Assembly: GCA_030524345.1 (NCBI GenBank)
Contig: JAUNGP010000003.1
Span: forward strand, 3,775 to 67,774
Direction of reading: 5' to 3'
DNA from: Clostridia bacterium
Lineage (GTDB): Bacteria > Bacillota > Clostridia > TANB77 > CAG-465
DNA: 64,000 nt
Shown piece by piece: positions 19,090 to 28,350 of this stretch. Under the pieces are notes generated by a model. It was not told where the DNA came from, made no database searches, and saw nothing but the letters and a program-made list of their open reading frames with translations. Made by a program: the position numbers and the translations under genes. The stretch's first letter is position 1; the number at the start of each line of letters is the position of its first letter.

Positions 19090-19794
19090 CTAACTCTTTT
19101 TAGAAAATAATTTTAAACACAGGCTTATCATACGATTACAAATAAAGATAAAAATAGATGCAATTCCAAGCTCAACAAAAATAAACATAGAAAGTACAGA
19201 CAAATATGATCCTCTATCATCCTCATACTCTTTTTCTATGACTTCAAACTTTTCATCATATTTTACTTTTATATTACAATCATCGCCTTCAAAATTTGCT
19301 TCAATTGTATTATCTCTTTTTTTCATAAAAGAGCTAGAATATAAGAATAAGTCTTCTTTCTTAGTCACAGTCTCAATGATATTTTCTATTGCTTGATAAT
19401 CACTCTTACTAACCTTCTCATAATTAAAGTGGTTTATCATTTTAGGATATATCAATATAGAAGTGAAAAGTATCAAAAGCAAACTAGAAATTCTAGCAAC
19501 TTTTTTTAAAGTTTGAAAAAACCGTTTATACTCTTTTAACAGAAAAAGTACCTCATAGCAAATCGTAATTGAAAGCATTCCAGTAAATATAAAAGAAGCA
19601 ATTCTACCAAAGATCATCGTTAAAACATGAATATCATTTTTGAAAATATGATTGTAAAAAAAAGGATGTAAAATTTCATTAATGCTTAAGATAATGTAAA
19701 GAGTACATCCACATGCGCAGCATATTATCTTAGTCTTTTCACTTTGGCTCTTGCCCTCTTTTTCTTTTAAAATACTCATAAATAATCCCTCCAT
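19090..19794 (-). CDS. hypothetical multi-pass membrane protein
   Basis: Four or five hydrophobic segments. No family recognised. Confidence 0.55.
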   Translation of the reverse strand: MEGLFMSILKEKEGKSQSEKTKIICCACGCTLYIILSINEILHPFFYNHIFKNDIHVLTMIFGRIASFIFTGMLSITICYEVLFLLKEYKRFFQTLKKVARISSLLLILFTSILIYPKMINHFNYEKVSKSDYQAIENIIETVTKKEDLFLYSSSFMKKRDNTIEANFEGDDCNIKVKYDEKFEVIEKEYEDDRGSYLSVLSMFIFVELGIASIFIFICNRMISLCLKLFSKKS

Positions 19795-19867
19795 AAAAAT
19801 AATTATTAATATGTAACTTTTTTATGGAGGTAATTATAACACTTAATTATTTTTATGTCAAATAATC

Positions 19868-20494
19868 TTATCTAACAAATTTTTTACAAAAACTTGGCCT
19901 ATGTATCGGTGTCAAACCGTACTTTGCTATTGCCTCAGTATGCATTTTTGTTCCATATCCTTTATGTTTAGCAAATCCATATTCTGGATACTCCTTATCC
20001 CAATTGATTAGCATTCGATCTCTAGTTACTTTTGCAATAATGGATGCTGCTGCAATAGACTCTGATTTTGCATCCCCAGATATGACAGTTTGTCCATTAA
20101 TGTCTATATCTATCATTTGATTACCATCAACAAGTACATAGTCAGGTTTTACATCTAAATTTTCCAATGCTCTTTTCATAGCAATTTTGGTTGCATTTAA
20201 AATATTCACACTCTCTATTAATTCAACCTCTCCTATTCCAACACCAACAGCCAAGGCTTTATCCATAATATCATCGTATAATTTTTCTCTTTTTTTCTCA
20301 CTTAATTTCTTAGAATCATTGACTCCCTCAATGCATTCATCTTTTGGAAGTATAACAGCAGCAGCTACTACTGGGCCGCATAAAGGACCACGCCCTGCTT
20401 CATCAATTCCACAAACATAACTATATCCCTTAGCATATAGATCATCTTCAATTTCTAACATATTTTTTAGTCTTTCTAATTCTTTTTCTTTCAT
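19868..20494 (-). CDS. rnhB: ribonuclease HII
   Basis: Contains GIDEAGRGPLCGPVVAAAV, DSKKLS and ASIIAKVTRD. I place the start at 20494 after an AAGAAGGTG RBS. The ORF track adds 9 residues. Confidence 0.9.
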   Translation of the reverse strand: MKEKELERLKNMLEIEDDLYAKGYSYVCGIDEAGRGPLCGPVVAAAVILPKDECIEGVNDSKKLSEKKREKLYDDIMDKALAVGVGIGEVELIESVNILNATKIAMKRALENLDVKPDYVLVDGNQMIDIDINGQTVISGDAKSESIAAASIIAKVTRDRMLINWDKEYPEYGFAKHKGYGTKMHTEAIAKYGLTPIHRPSFCKKFVR

Positions 20495-20505
20495 ATCACA
20501 CCTTC

Positions 20506-21351
20506 TTATAAATCGATACATTCTTGATAAACTTCATTTTTATTTACACCTTTTTCTTTTGCAACCATTTTGATAGCATCCTTCTTAGACATTCCATCGT
20601 CCATATACTTTTTGACTTGTTCTTTAGAATCCATATTTAACATTTCTACTTGCTTTTTTTCATTAATTTCTTTTTCATTTGCGCCTTCAATTAAAAGTAC
20701 AATTTCACCTCGAATACCATCTTTTTCTATCTTTTCTATTGCCTCTTTAAAGGTAGTATGAATATACTCTTCATGAATCTTAGTAAGCTCTCTTGCAATA
20801 CAAATATTCCTATCTCCAAATGCATCATACATATCCTTCAGAGTTGCTAAAATTTTATGGGGTGCCTCATAAAATATCATAGTACGAATTTCCTCTTTTA
20901 ACTCACTAAGTCTTGCATTCCTCTGTTTTTTATTAACCGATAAAAAGCCCTCAAAAGTAAATCTAGTAGAATCGAGTCCACTTTTTACAATGCCTGTAAT
21001 TAAGGCTGTTACCCCGGGTATTACTATAACTTCATAATGATTAGCAATAAGGTACTTGATAAGATTTTGCCCCGGATCTGATATAATAGGCATACCGGCA
21101 TCAGATACTAACGCTAAGTTTTTACCACTATCAAGGAAAGTCACCACTTGACTTATTTTATCATCTTCATTATGTCTATGATAACTAATTAGTTTCTTTT
21201 CTATTTCAAAATGATTTAAAAGCTTTAAAGTCTGTCTTGTATCTTCAGCTAAAATAATGTCAACATTTTTCAATGTATTCAACGCTCTTAGTGTTATATC
21301 CTCCAAATTTCCAATCGGCGTACCAACAATATATAATACTCCTCTATCCAT
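20506..21351 (-). CDS. rsmI: 16S rRNA (cytidine1402-2'-O)-methyltransferase RsmI
   Basis: Contains LYIVGTPIGNLEDITLRAL and EDTR. The start ATG at 21351 overlaps the upstream stop by 8 nt (ATGGATAG) and follows an AAGGAG RBS. Confidence 0.9.
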   Translation of the reverse strand: MDRGVLYIVGTPIGNLEDITLRALNTLKNVDIILAEDTRQTLKLLNHFEIEKKLISYHRHNEDDKISQVVTFLDSGKNLALVSDAGMPIISDPGQNLIKYLIANHYEVIVIPGVTALITGIVKSGLDSTRFTFEGFLSVNKKQRNARLSELKEEIRTMIFYEAPHKILATLKDMYDAFGDRNICIARELTKIHEEYIHTTFKEAIEKIEKDGIRGEIVLLIEGANEKEINEKKQVEMLNMDSKEQVKKYMDDGMSKKDAIKMVAKEKGVNKNEVYQECIDL

Positions 21352-22582
21352 TTTCTTTCTCCTTCTTTCCATATATGGAATATATTTCACTTGTATATTC
21401 GTCATTTATATCATACTCTATAAGTGGATTTTGGATATTTACTTCACTTCCACCATCCTTTAAATATTCTATTAAGACAATGCTTGCACTCTTATCTAGT
21501 TTTGGATGCACAAATCGAATTCTTTTTGCCTCCAGTCTATAATTTCTTGCAATACTTAGCAAATCAACCAATCTATCTGGCTTATGCACAAGGTATAGCT
21601 TACCTTTTGATCTTAGCAACTTTGAGGCTGAAGAAAAAATGTCTTCTAATTTACAATAAACCTCATGTCTTGCAACATACTTGATAGTGTTTTCATTTTG
21701 GACTCCTGTTCCAATAGACTTATATGGTGGATTGCAAACAATAATGTCTACATTATCTCTATCAAAGTGCTCCAAGAGAAATCTCCTAATATTTTGAATC
21801 TCTTTAATATCACTTTGTATCGGCATAATTTTATCAGATAAGTGATTAATCGCTATATTTTTCACGAACAAATCAAACATCTCATTTTGTAGTTCCACTC
21901 CCACTATTTTTTGATACTTTTTCTTAGCAGAGATAATCACAGGGATAACGCCACTACCACTACAAAAATCCATAATCATATTATGGTTACTATTGGACTC
22001 AATAAAATTAGCAAGCAAAATGCTATCCATTCCAAAGCAAAAGTATTCTTTATTTTGAATCATTTTAAGTGAGTTGATTTCCAAATCGTCTATTCTTTCA
22101 TTTTCATCTAGAATTCTACTTAAAAACTCTTCTCTACTTAATGTGATTAATCCTGCATCAGATCCAATTTTATCATTAGTAATCTCTTTTCCAAACCAAT
22201 CTAGTTTTTGAAACGCTTCAAACTCCTCCATAGTATGAAACTCTACTTCTGCTCTTCTTAATCCCTCATACGCTCCATGATATATTTTAATTGTAATATC
22301 TGGATTTTTACTAATGAAATAACTATCCCTTATCACTTTATTTTTACACCCTTTGATGAGCTGATAAAACTCATCTTGAGATATCCTTGTTTTTTCCTTT
22401 TTAAACTGATTTTTTTCTAATTTTATCTTTTTCTCAATCTCATAAATATCATTTTTTCTTTGAACCCTAATTTGACTATCTAAATCATTGGAGATAAAAT
22501 ATCTTTCATATTCTATCTTAGAAACATTATTTAAACTTGGCATATTTTTAATTAAATACTTTCTTTCTATTTCTAGTTTCAT
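21344..22582 (-). CDS. CYTH-domain / tRNA1(Val) (adenine37-N6)-methyltransferase (TrmN6/YabB-like) fusion
   Basis: The N-terminal ~150 aa begin with the CYTH signature MKLEIERKYLI. The C-terminal ~250 aa carry a SAM-MTase motif I (DFCSGSGV) and the NPPY-type motif CNPPYK. Confidence 0.8.
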   Translation of the reverse strand: MKLEIERKYLIKNMPSLNNVSKIEYERYFISNDLDSQIRVQRKNDIYEIEKKIKLEKNQFKKEKTRISQDEFYQLIKGCKNKVIRDSYFISKNPDITIKIYHGAYEGLRRAEVEFHTMEEFEAFQKLDWFGKEITNDKIGSDAGLITLSREEFLSRILDENERIDDLEINSLKMIQNKEYFCFGMDSILLANFIESNSNHNMIMDFCSGSGVIPVIISAKKKYQKIVGVELQNEMFDLFVKNIAINHLSDKIMPIQSDIKEIQNIRRFLLEHFDRDNVDIIVCNPPYKSIGTGVQNENTIKYVARHEVYCKLEDIFSSASKLLRSKGKLYLVHKPDRLVDLLSIARNYRLEAKRIRFVHPKLDKSASIVLIEYLKDGGSEVNIQNPLIEYDINDEYTSEIYSIYGKKEKENG

Positions 22583-22691
22583 AAAAACTCCTTTTCTGCT
22601 ATATTATATACCAAAAAAGTCGATTTTTCAATTCAAAATATATATTTACTTTTGCAGCAAAAATTGGTATAATGATTTTTGGTGAATTTAA

Positions 22692-23609
22692 TTGAAAATT
22701 ACATATCAAGTAATGGAAACAGATAATCAAAAAGACTTAAAGTATATTTTAAAAAATAGACTATATATATCATCCAAATTATTGATAAAACTAAAATTAG
22801 CTCACGCAATATTTGTCAATAATAGCCCTGAGTTTGTCAATTTTATCGTAAAAAAAGGTGACAATATTACAGTGGACTTTGAATTACTAGAAAAAAAAGA
22901 AAATAAAAAAAGATTTATTGATAAGTTTGCAAAAGTAGATAAAAAATTAGACATTCTTTTTGAAGATGAATATTTGTTAATTGTAAATAAACCTGCTAAT
23001 ATGCCAATTCATCCATCTTGTGACAATTATGACAACACACTTTCTAATATAGTAGCATCTTATCTTGAAAAGCAAAATATTTATTACATTCATATATTAA
23101 CGAGACTAGATAAAAACACCACAGGCATCTGTATATTTGCAAAACATGAATATGTTCAGGAACTATTCACTAAAAGGAAAGACTTTATCGATTTCAAGAA
23201 AAAATATATAGGCATCGCCTATGGAATCATAAAAAAAGATCACGGTATGATTGAAGCAAATATTGCAAGAAAAAAGAACACAATTATTCTTCGCGAGGTA
23301 AATGAAACTGGAGATTTTGCAAAAACAGAATATACCGTTCTAAAAAGAAATATAGAAAAAAATTACACAGTACTTGAGATCATACTTCATACAGGAAGAA
23401 CCCACCAAATAAGGGTTCATATGTCATACTTAGGACATCCTCTTCTTGGAGATGAATTATATGGAAGAGAAGCTAATATATATAACAATTTAGGAGATAT
23501 TGATAGACAAGCATTACATTGTAAAGAAATATCTTTTAATCATCCAATTACAGAAAAAAGAATAACAATAAAAGCTTCTATTCCAGATGATATCCAAAAG
23601 TTAATATAA
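22692..23609 (+). CDS. RluA-family 23S rRNA pseudouridine synthase (RluD-like)
   Basis: Contains HRLDKNTTG-like TRLDKNTTGICIFAK and HTGRTHQIRVHM. TTG start after a GGTGA RBS. Confidence 0.85.
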   Translation: MKITYQVMETDNQKDLKYILKNRLYISSKLLIKLKLAHAIFVNNSPEFVNFIVKKGDNITVDFELLEKKENKKRFIDKFAKVDKKLDILFEDEYLLIVNKPANMPIHPSCDNYDNTLSNIVASYLEKQNIYYIHILTRLDKNTTGICIFAKHEYVQELFTKRKDFIDFKKKYIGIAYGIIKKDHGMIEANIARKKNTIILREVNETGDFAKTEYTVLKRNIEKNYTVLEIILHTGRTHQIRVHMSYLGHPLLGDELYGREANIYNNLGDIDRQALHCKEISFNHPITEKRITIKASIPDDIQKLI

Positions 23610-23613
23610 TTAA

Positions 23614-23639
23614 TATAGGGCGGAAAACTCCGCCCTATA
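23614..23639. terminator. hairpin terminator
   Basis: Perfect 10-bp stem TATAGGGCGG / CCGCCCTATA with a 6-nt loop, 5 nt after the rluD-like stop. Confidence 0.7.
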
Positions 23640-23854
23640 CTATCTTTCAAAAATCGAATAATATTTGCATTCACCACTCAATGTAATACTAAGGATACAA
23701 TTTTTGCATATACATCTTCGTATCAGATCAATATTTTTTTCCTGTAACATCAATAAAAGTGTCCCCCTAAGCCATGATCAACACTAAGCTTAACGATGAT
23801 CCGCTTCACAGACATCCTGATTGTGCCAAGAGCAATTCATTTAAAAATCCAAAT

Positions 23855-24994
23855 TCATATATGATTTATGACTGCTATCATCGCTTCTTTATTTTTTACA
23901 AATTCATCTTCTAACTTATCTAAATCACTAAAAGGACCAATAGGATTTGCGTTTAATTTAGATAGTTCTATTGTTAAACAAAGTGTATTTTTTAACGCTC
24001 TTCTATAATAATCCATAATTCCATATTTTATTTGATCATCAATGATCCTATATCCAGTAATTCTTGAATATAACTGCATATTTTCTTTATAAAATTTATC
24101 TTCTACCTGATACTTTGGATAACTATATATTTCACCACCTGTTGAGTGATACGAAAATATAGCAATGAATTTTTCATTTACATCATCATTTTCGTTCATA
24201 TAGTATAAACCCTTTATATATTGATCTAAACTATAATTCTCAGGGCAATTATAAAATGTAGAAACTCCAGGATAGGACATAGGACTGGGTTTTGTAACAG
24301 GAATATCATTATATCTTAGATTTGCATACTTTTGTTGATTCCTTAATTTTTTCATTTCAAAGAAGCAATCAATTGAATTTGAATTTAGGTCTACTCCCAT
24401 TCCATTTGCGGCCCAAACACTTAAAACTTTTTCATTAAGACAACAATTAACTAAAATTCTATTAACACTATTTCTGAGGTGTACATTATCAATATTAGAG
24501 CAAGAATTATTGAAAACATGATAAAATTTTTTAGGACATTTAATCCCTTTTGAAGCAATTTTATCGTCATCATTATAATTTTTTAAATATAATTTACTCC
24601 ACTGTTCTAGTTTATCACAAGTACTTATCTTCAAGCATTTCATATTGGCTAAAACATTTGAGCTACTAATAATATATCCCTCTGGGTTTAAAATAGGAAT
24701 AAAATGAAAAGTAAACTCACTAAAAAGCGCTTTACCTTTGCTGTCTAATAAATCTTTATATAATTCGAATAAGAACTTCGTCGTTACTAACTCACAACCA
24801 TGTGTTGCACCAAGTAAGACCACATGTTTTTTTCCTTCTCCCACTTTATAGCATTTTATTGAATAGCCAAAAGTCGAATAACCAATGATATTCATCCTAA
24901 CGACATCTTGATTTTTACTATATAGTGCATATAATTTCTCCATAATAGATTCATAGGATAATATATATTCATTGAGATCATAATTATATTTCAT
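23855..24994 (-). CDS. M14-family zinc carboxypeptidase-like protein
   Basis: Zinc ligand motif GATHGCE (HxxE), then ILNPEGY and a later SYHSTGG motif. Confidence 0.75.
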   Translation of the reverse strand: MKYNYDLNEYILSYESIMEKLYALYSKNQDVVRMNIIGYSTFGYSIKCYKVGEGKKHVVLLGATHGCELVTTKFLFELYKDLLDSKGKALFSEFTFHFIPILNPEGYIISSSNVLANMKCLKISTCDKLEQWSKLYLKNYNDDDKIASKGIKCPKKFYHVFNNSCSNIDNVHLRNSVNRILVNCCLNEKVLSVWAANGMGVDLNSNSIDCFFEMKKLRNQQKYANLRYNDIPVTKPSPMSYPGVSTFYNCPENYSLDQYIKGLYYMNENDDVNEKFIAIFSYHSTGGEIYSYPKYQVEDKFYKENMQLYSRITGYRIIDDQIKYGIMDYYRRALKNTLCLTIELSKLNANPIGPFSDLDKLEDEFVKNKEAMIAVINHI

Positions 24995-25104
24995 AATATC
25001 ACCTTATTATATAGTATTTCATTAAGAATATAATTATTAACCAGATGAAAACTTATTTAGATACAATGAAAAAATATCTTTGATATCTACTGAAATATGC
25101 ACAA

Positions 25105-25127
25105 GGCACCTTAAAATATAAGGTGCC
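25105..25127 (-). terminator. hairpin after the small membrane-protein gene
   Basis: 9-bp stem GGCACCTTA / TAAGGTGCC with a 5-nt loop. The flanking T-tract is weak. Confidence 0.4.
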
Positions 25128-25136
25128 CTATTATTC

Positions 25137-25316
25137 TTATTCTAAATCTTTGCAGTTTTTAAATGTACTTCCTGTGAAAAAGCCAAATCCATTTCCTATC
25201 CCCATGAGTGCTGCATATTCTAAAAAATTTTCATTTTGAAAGCAAAACTTCCACAATATGAGGCATACAATAAAGGCTGCTACACCATAAGCAATAGAAA
25301 CTAATACTCTTTTCAC
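25137..25316 (-). CDS. 59-aa hydrophobic micro-protein (not in the ORF track)
   Basis: GTG start 7 nt after AAGGAGG. Peptide is MKRVLVSIAYGVAAFIVCLILWKFCFQNENFLEYAALMGIGNGFGFFTGSTFKNCKDLE. It has its own consensus promoter upstream and a hairpin downstream. Confidence 0.55.
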   Translation of the reverse strand: MKRVLVSIAYGVAAFIVCLILWKFCFQNENFLEYAALMGIGNGFGFFTGSTFKNCKDLE

Positions 25317-25369
25317 ACCTATTCCTCCTTGTTCAATAATTTTTGAAAAATAAAAAATGTCACAGATAT

Positions 25370-25398
25370 ATTATATCATTTTATAAATAACGAGTCAA
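25370..25398 (-). promoter_or_regulatory. sigma-A type promoter for the 59-aa ORF
   Basis: Reverse strand reads TTGACT, 17 nt, TATAAT (TGn-extended). Confidence 0.55.
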
Positions 25399-25442
25399 TT
25401 TTTATGTAAATTTAACGTAAAAAAAGAATGATTAATTTCTAA

Positions 25443-26072
25443 TCATTCCTTTAATTTAGATGAACTTGTAATAATAAAATTTACAGCATTTTCAATATCA
25501 TGAAAATTTTCTGCTTTTCCTTCAATGATTTCTCTTACAATTTTACTTTTTCCAATATAAATTGTTTTAATTCCAAGTCTTATGGGAGTCCTTAAATCGT
25601 CAGTATAATTATTCCCAATCATATATGAAATTTTTTTGTCTTTATGAAAAGTTCTAACATAATCTTGTTTATTTTTCAAAACTTTGATAGGAAAAAGATG
25701 TCTGAAAGCCCTAGTAAATTCATTATGCGTAACTAAATGAATCTCATATCCTAGTTCTTTTAATCGACTTAAATGTAATAAATAATTTTTATCTAATTCC
25801 TCTAAAGTATTTTCAAGATATAGTTTTTCATACCTCTTCAGATTTCTTTGATACGAGGTAAACGATAAAATAGAATAAATCAAAATTCTTAGCTTAAAAA
25901 TAGCCATTGAATTACTAATTAGATCTAGCTCATTAATCTTCCAAAGTAATTTATCACAAATCAATACTTGTTTATGCTTCTCAAACATTTTTTGTATAAT
26001 GTAATGATCTGTTTTTCTAAAAACATTCATTGTTCCATCTATATCAACAAAAACATTTTCCCGGTTTTTCAA
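25443..26072 (-). CDS. HAD-superfamily hydrolase-like protein
   Basis: Motif I VFVDIDGTMN (DxDGT) and a C-terminal GNNYTDD motif. Confidence 0.65.
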   Translation of the reverse strand: MKNRENVFVDIDGTMNVFRKTDHYIIQKMFEKHKQVLICDKLLWKINELDLISNSMAIFKLRILIYSILSFTSYQRNLKRYEKLYLENTLEELDKNYLLHLSRLKELGYEIHLVTHNEFTRAFRHLFPIKVLKNKQDYVRTFHKDKKISYMIGNNYTDDLRTPIRLGIKTIYIGKSKIVREIIEGKAENFHDIENAVNFIITSSSKLKE

Positions 26073-26100
26073 ATTATTGTCCCCCTTAAATATTGTTTTG

Positions 26101-27231
26101 CTAGATTATATCATTTCCCTTTTTATATTTCAAGTACTCATAGATAAAGCCATCTATTTTTCCATCCATCACTGCTTGAACATTTCCAACTTCATAACCT
26201 GTTCTATGATCTTTTACCAAAGTATAAGGACAAAATACATAGGACCTTATCTGACTTCCCCATGCAATATCTGCACTCTCTCCTTTAATATCACTCATCT
26301 TTTTTTGATAGTTTTCCCTCTCCAATTTATAGATTTTAGCTCTTAACATTTTCATAGCATTTTCTCTATTTTGTAGTTGTGATCTTTCTGTTTGACAGCT
26401 CACTACAATTCCTGTTGGAATATGTCTAAGTCTTACAGCAGAAGAAGTTTTATTTACATGCTGACCTCCAGCTCCACTTGCTCTGTAAACATCCATCTCA
26501 ATGTCATCCGGGTTGATATCAACTGTGATATCATCAGAAATTTCAGGCATAACCTCTACTGAGGCAAATGAAGTATGTCTTCTACTATTACTATCAAATG
26601 GCGATATTCTAACTAGTCTATGAACACCGTTTTCACTTTTTAAATATCCATAAGCATTTGTTCCTTTTACTAAAAAAGAAACACTCTTAAGGCCAGCTTC
26701 TTCTCCATCCTGTAGATCCAATACTTCAAGTTCAAATTCAGTCTTTAGACACCATTTACTATACATTCTATAAAGCATCAAAGCCCAATCCTGCGATTCC
26801 GTCCCACCAGCACCGGGATGAATTGTTACGATCGCATTATTTGAATCATATTCTTCTGAGAGAAGTGTATCTATTTCTAATGTCTCTAATTTCTCATCTA
26901 AGGTATCGATTATCTTTTTAGATTCTTTATAACTTTCCAAATCATTCATTTCTTCTGCAAGTTCTAAGTAACCTAAAGCATCTGACAAATCTTTTTCTAA
27001 CTTTTCAATTTTTTCTAGTATGTTTTTTAGAGACTTTAATTCACTTAAAACAACAGATGACTTTTTACTATCTTCCCAAAAGTCACTTTCCATCGTTTCT
27101 TTTTCTAATTCTTCTATTCTTATTTTCTTTTCTTCAAGCTTTAAAGCACCTTTAATTCTATCAAGTTTACTACTTAACTCATTTAATTCTATTCTCATTG
27201 TATCAAAATCCATTACAATATCACACTCCAT
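26101..27231 (-). CDS. prfB: peptide chain release factor 2, encoded in a single frame
   Basis: RF2-specific SPF (VRISPFDS) and GGQ (SGAGGQHVNKT) motifs. The start is uncertain (27231, 27213 or 27198). Confidence 0.9.
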   Translation of the reverse strand: MECDIVMDFDTMRIELNELSSKLDRIKGALKLEEKKIRIEELEKETMESDFWEDSKKSSVVLSELKSLKNILEKIEKLEKDLSDALGYLELAEEMNDLESYKESKKIIDTLDEKLETLEIDTLLSEEYDSNNAIVTIHPGAGGTESQDWALMLYRMYSKWCLKTEFELEVLDLQDGEEAGLKSVSFLVKGTNAYGYLKSENGVHRLVRISPFDSNSRRHTSFASVEVMPEISDDITVDINPDDIEMDVYRASGAGGQHVNKTSSAVRLRHIPTGIVVSCQTERSQLQNRENAMKMLRAKIYKLERENYQKKMSDIKGESADIAWGSQIRSYVFCPYTLVKDHRTGYEVGNVQAVMDGKIDGFIYEYLKYKKGNDII

Positions 27232-27917
27232 ATTTTATCCATTCCTTGGACTTCTTTCGGATTATATGTAAATTCTAAATATTCATCTTTTGTAGGATGA
27301 TAAAAAGATAAATAATAGGAAAAAAGTGCTAAATTCTCTCCTACTTTATTGACCTTTTGACCATATTTGATATCCCCATATAAAGGGCATGAAATATTGG
27401 AAAATTGTACCCTTATTTGATGATGCCTTCCAGTATGTAAGTCAATATCTACCAAAGAATACTCCTTATTATTATATGTAATATGATTTATTACTTGATA
27501 CTCAAGTATTGCCTCTTTAGCGTTTTTGATATCTTTACTACATACTCTACTCATATTAAGTCTTTCATTTTTGACTAAATAATTTTTCAATTCAACTCTT
27601 TTTCCTGTTATAGGAAGTGTACCATTTACAATTGCATAATATTTTTTCTTAACGTTTTTCTCTCTAATATATTCAGAAAGTCTTGATGCTGCTTTAGAAG
27701 TTTTAGCAAATACCATAACTCCTCCAACCATTCTATCTAGTCTATGTACAAGCCCAAGATATACATTTCCAGGTTTACTATATTTTTCCTTAATATATTC
27801 CTTTACTATAGTAAGAAGATCCATATCACCGGATTTATCAGCCTGAACTGGTATTCCTACTGGTTTTATTACAACGATAATATGATTATCTTCATATAAA
27901 ATTTTTAAATCTTGCAT
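27213..27917 (-). CDS. RluA-family pseudouridine synthase (short form, no S4 domain)
   Basis: Contains HRLDRMVGGVMVFAK and HTGRHHQIRVQF. The start at 27917 lies downstream of the predicted promoter. The ORF track adds 13 residues. Confidence 0.85.
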   Translation of the reverse strand: MQDLKILYEDNHIIVVIKPVGIPVQADKSGDMDLLTIVKEYIKEKYSKPGNVYLGLVHRLDRMVGGVMVFAKTSKAASRLSEYIREKNVKKKYYAIVNGTLPITGKRVELKNYLVKNERLNMSRVCSKDIKNAKEAILEYQVINHITYNNKEYSLVDIDLHTGRHHQIRVQFSNISCPLYGDIKYGQKVNKVGENLALFSYYLSFYHPTKDEYLEFTYNPKEVQGMDKIWSVIL

Positions 27918-27946
27918 AAAAGCCCCCACTCTCAAACAACATCTAT

Positions 27947-27975
27947 ATTTTAACATACTATTTACATTCTAACAA
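27947..27975 (-). promoter_or_regulatory. sigma-A type promoter for rluA-like/prfB
   Basis: Reverse strand reads TTGTTA, 17 nt, TAAAAT. Confidence 0.5.
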
Positions 27976-27996
27976 GTAAAAAAGCATTTTTTGCCA

Positions 27997-28024
27997 TTGT
28001 AATATTTACAAAACATGATATAAT
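27997..28024 (+). promoter_or_regulatory. extended -10 promoter for the 89-aa gene
   Basis: TTGTAA, 16 nt, then TGATATAAT. Confidence 0.45.
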
Positions 28025-28070
28025 ATCCAAAATAAAATATTATTACAAATCTTAACTTGGAGGTGTATAT

Positions 28071-28340
28071 ATGAAATCATTAATTAGTGAATGTATTGTT
28101 TTAAGCTGGGTAATTGAAAAATATAAAGAGGTAGACAAAGAAAATCCTTGCTCTATATGTGAATATGCATCAGAACATTGCAAACAGTATTTACAAAATG
28201 GATTTGTTCCACTAACAGGAGACCCAATTAAAAAGATTCCTGAGGAAATTCCAGAAAATGTAACTTTTCCATCTTCCATTGAGAATAAAAAGTCTCTAAA
28301 AAGTACCCCTAGAAAGAAAAAAGGCAAGAAAAAAAGATAG
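28071..28340 (+). CDS. small Cys-containing protein with a poly-lysine tail
   Basis: Strong RBS GGAGGTG 7 nt before the ATG, and a terminator hairpin 10 nt after the stop. I prefer this ORF to the overlapping minus-strand ORF at 28052..28327. Confidence 0.6.
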   Translation: MKSLISECIVLSWVIEKYKEVDKENPCSICEYASEHCKQYLQNGFVPLTGDPIKKIPEEIPENVTFPSSIENKKSLKSTPRKKKGKKKR

Positions 28341-28350
28341 CCAAAAATAG

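Noticed and set aside
21257-21684. Plus-strand ORFs 21257..21463, 21273..21542 and 21424..21684 (also 20187..20420, 20570..20761 and 22488..22685).
   Set aside because: They are antisense to rsmI, rnhB and the CYTH-methyltransferase gene. They look like shadow ORFs.
26077-26346. 89-aa plus-strand ORF at the 3' end of prfB (also 27020..27271).
   Set aside because: It is antisense to prfB and has no translation signals.
26101-27231. I looked for the programmed +1 frameshift site (CTT TGA C after an SD-like element) expected near codon 25 of prfB.
   Set aside because: The gene is one continuous ORF. The equivalent region reads AAA GGT GCT TTA AAG CTT GAA (..KGALKLE..). The out-of-frame CTT TAA there does not lead into the RF2 frame. 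Many lineages lack the frameshift, so this is ordinary.
28052-28327. 91-aa minus-strand ORF overlapping the 89-aa plus-strand gene.
   Set aside because: The plus-strand ORF has a strong RBS, an extended -10 box and a terminator. The minus-strand ORF has none of these, and it would start inside the divergent promoter region.
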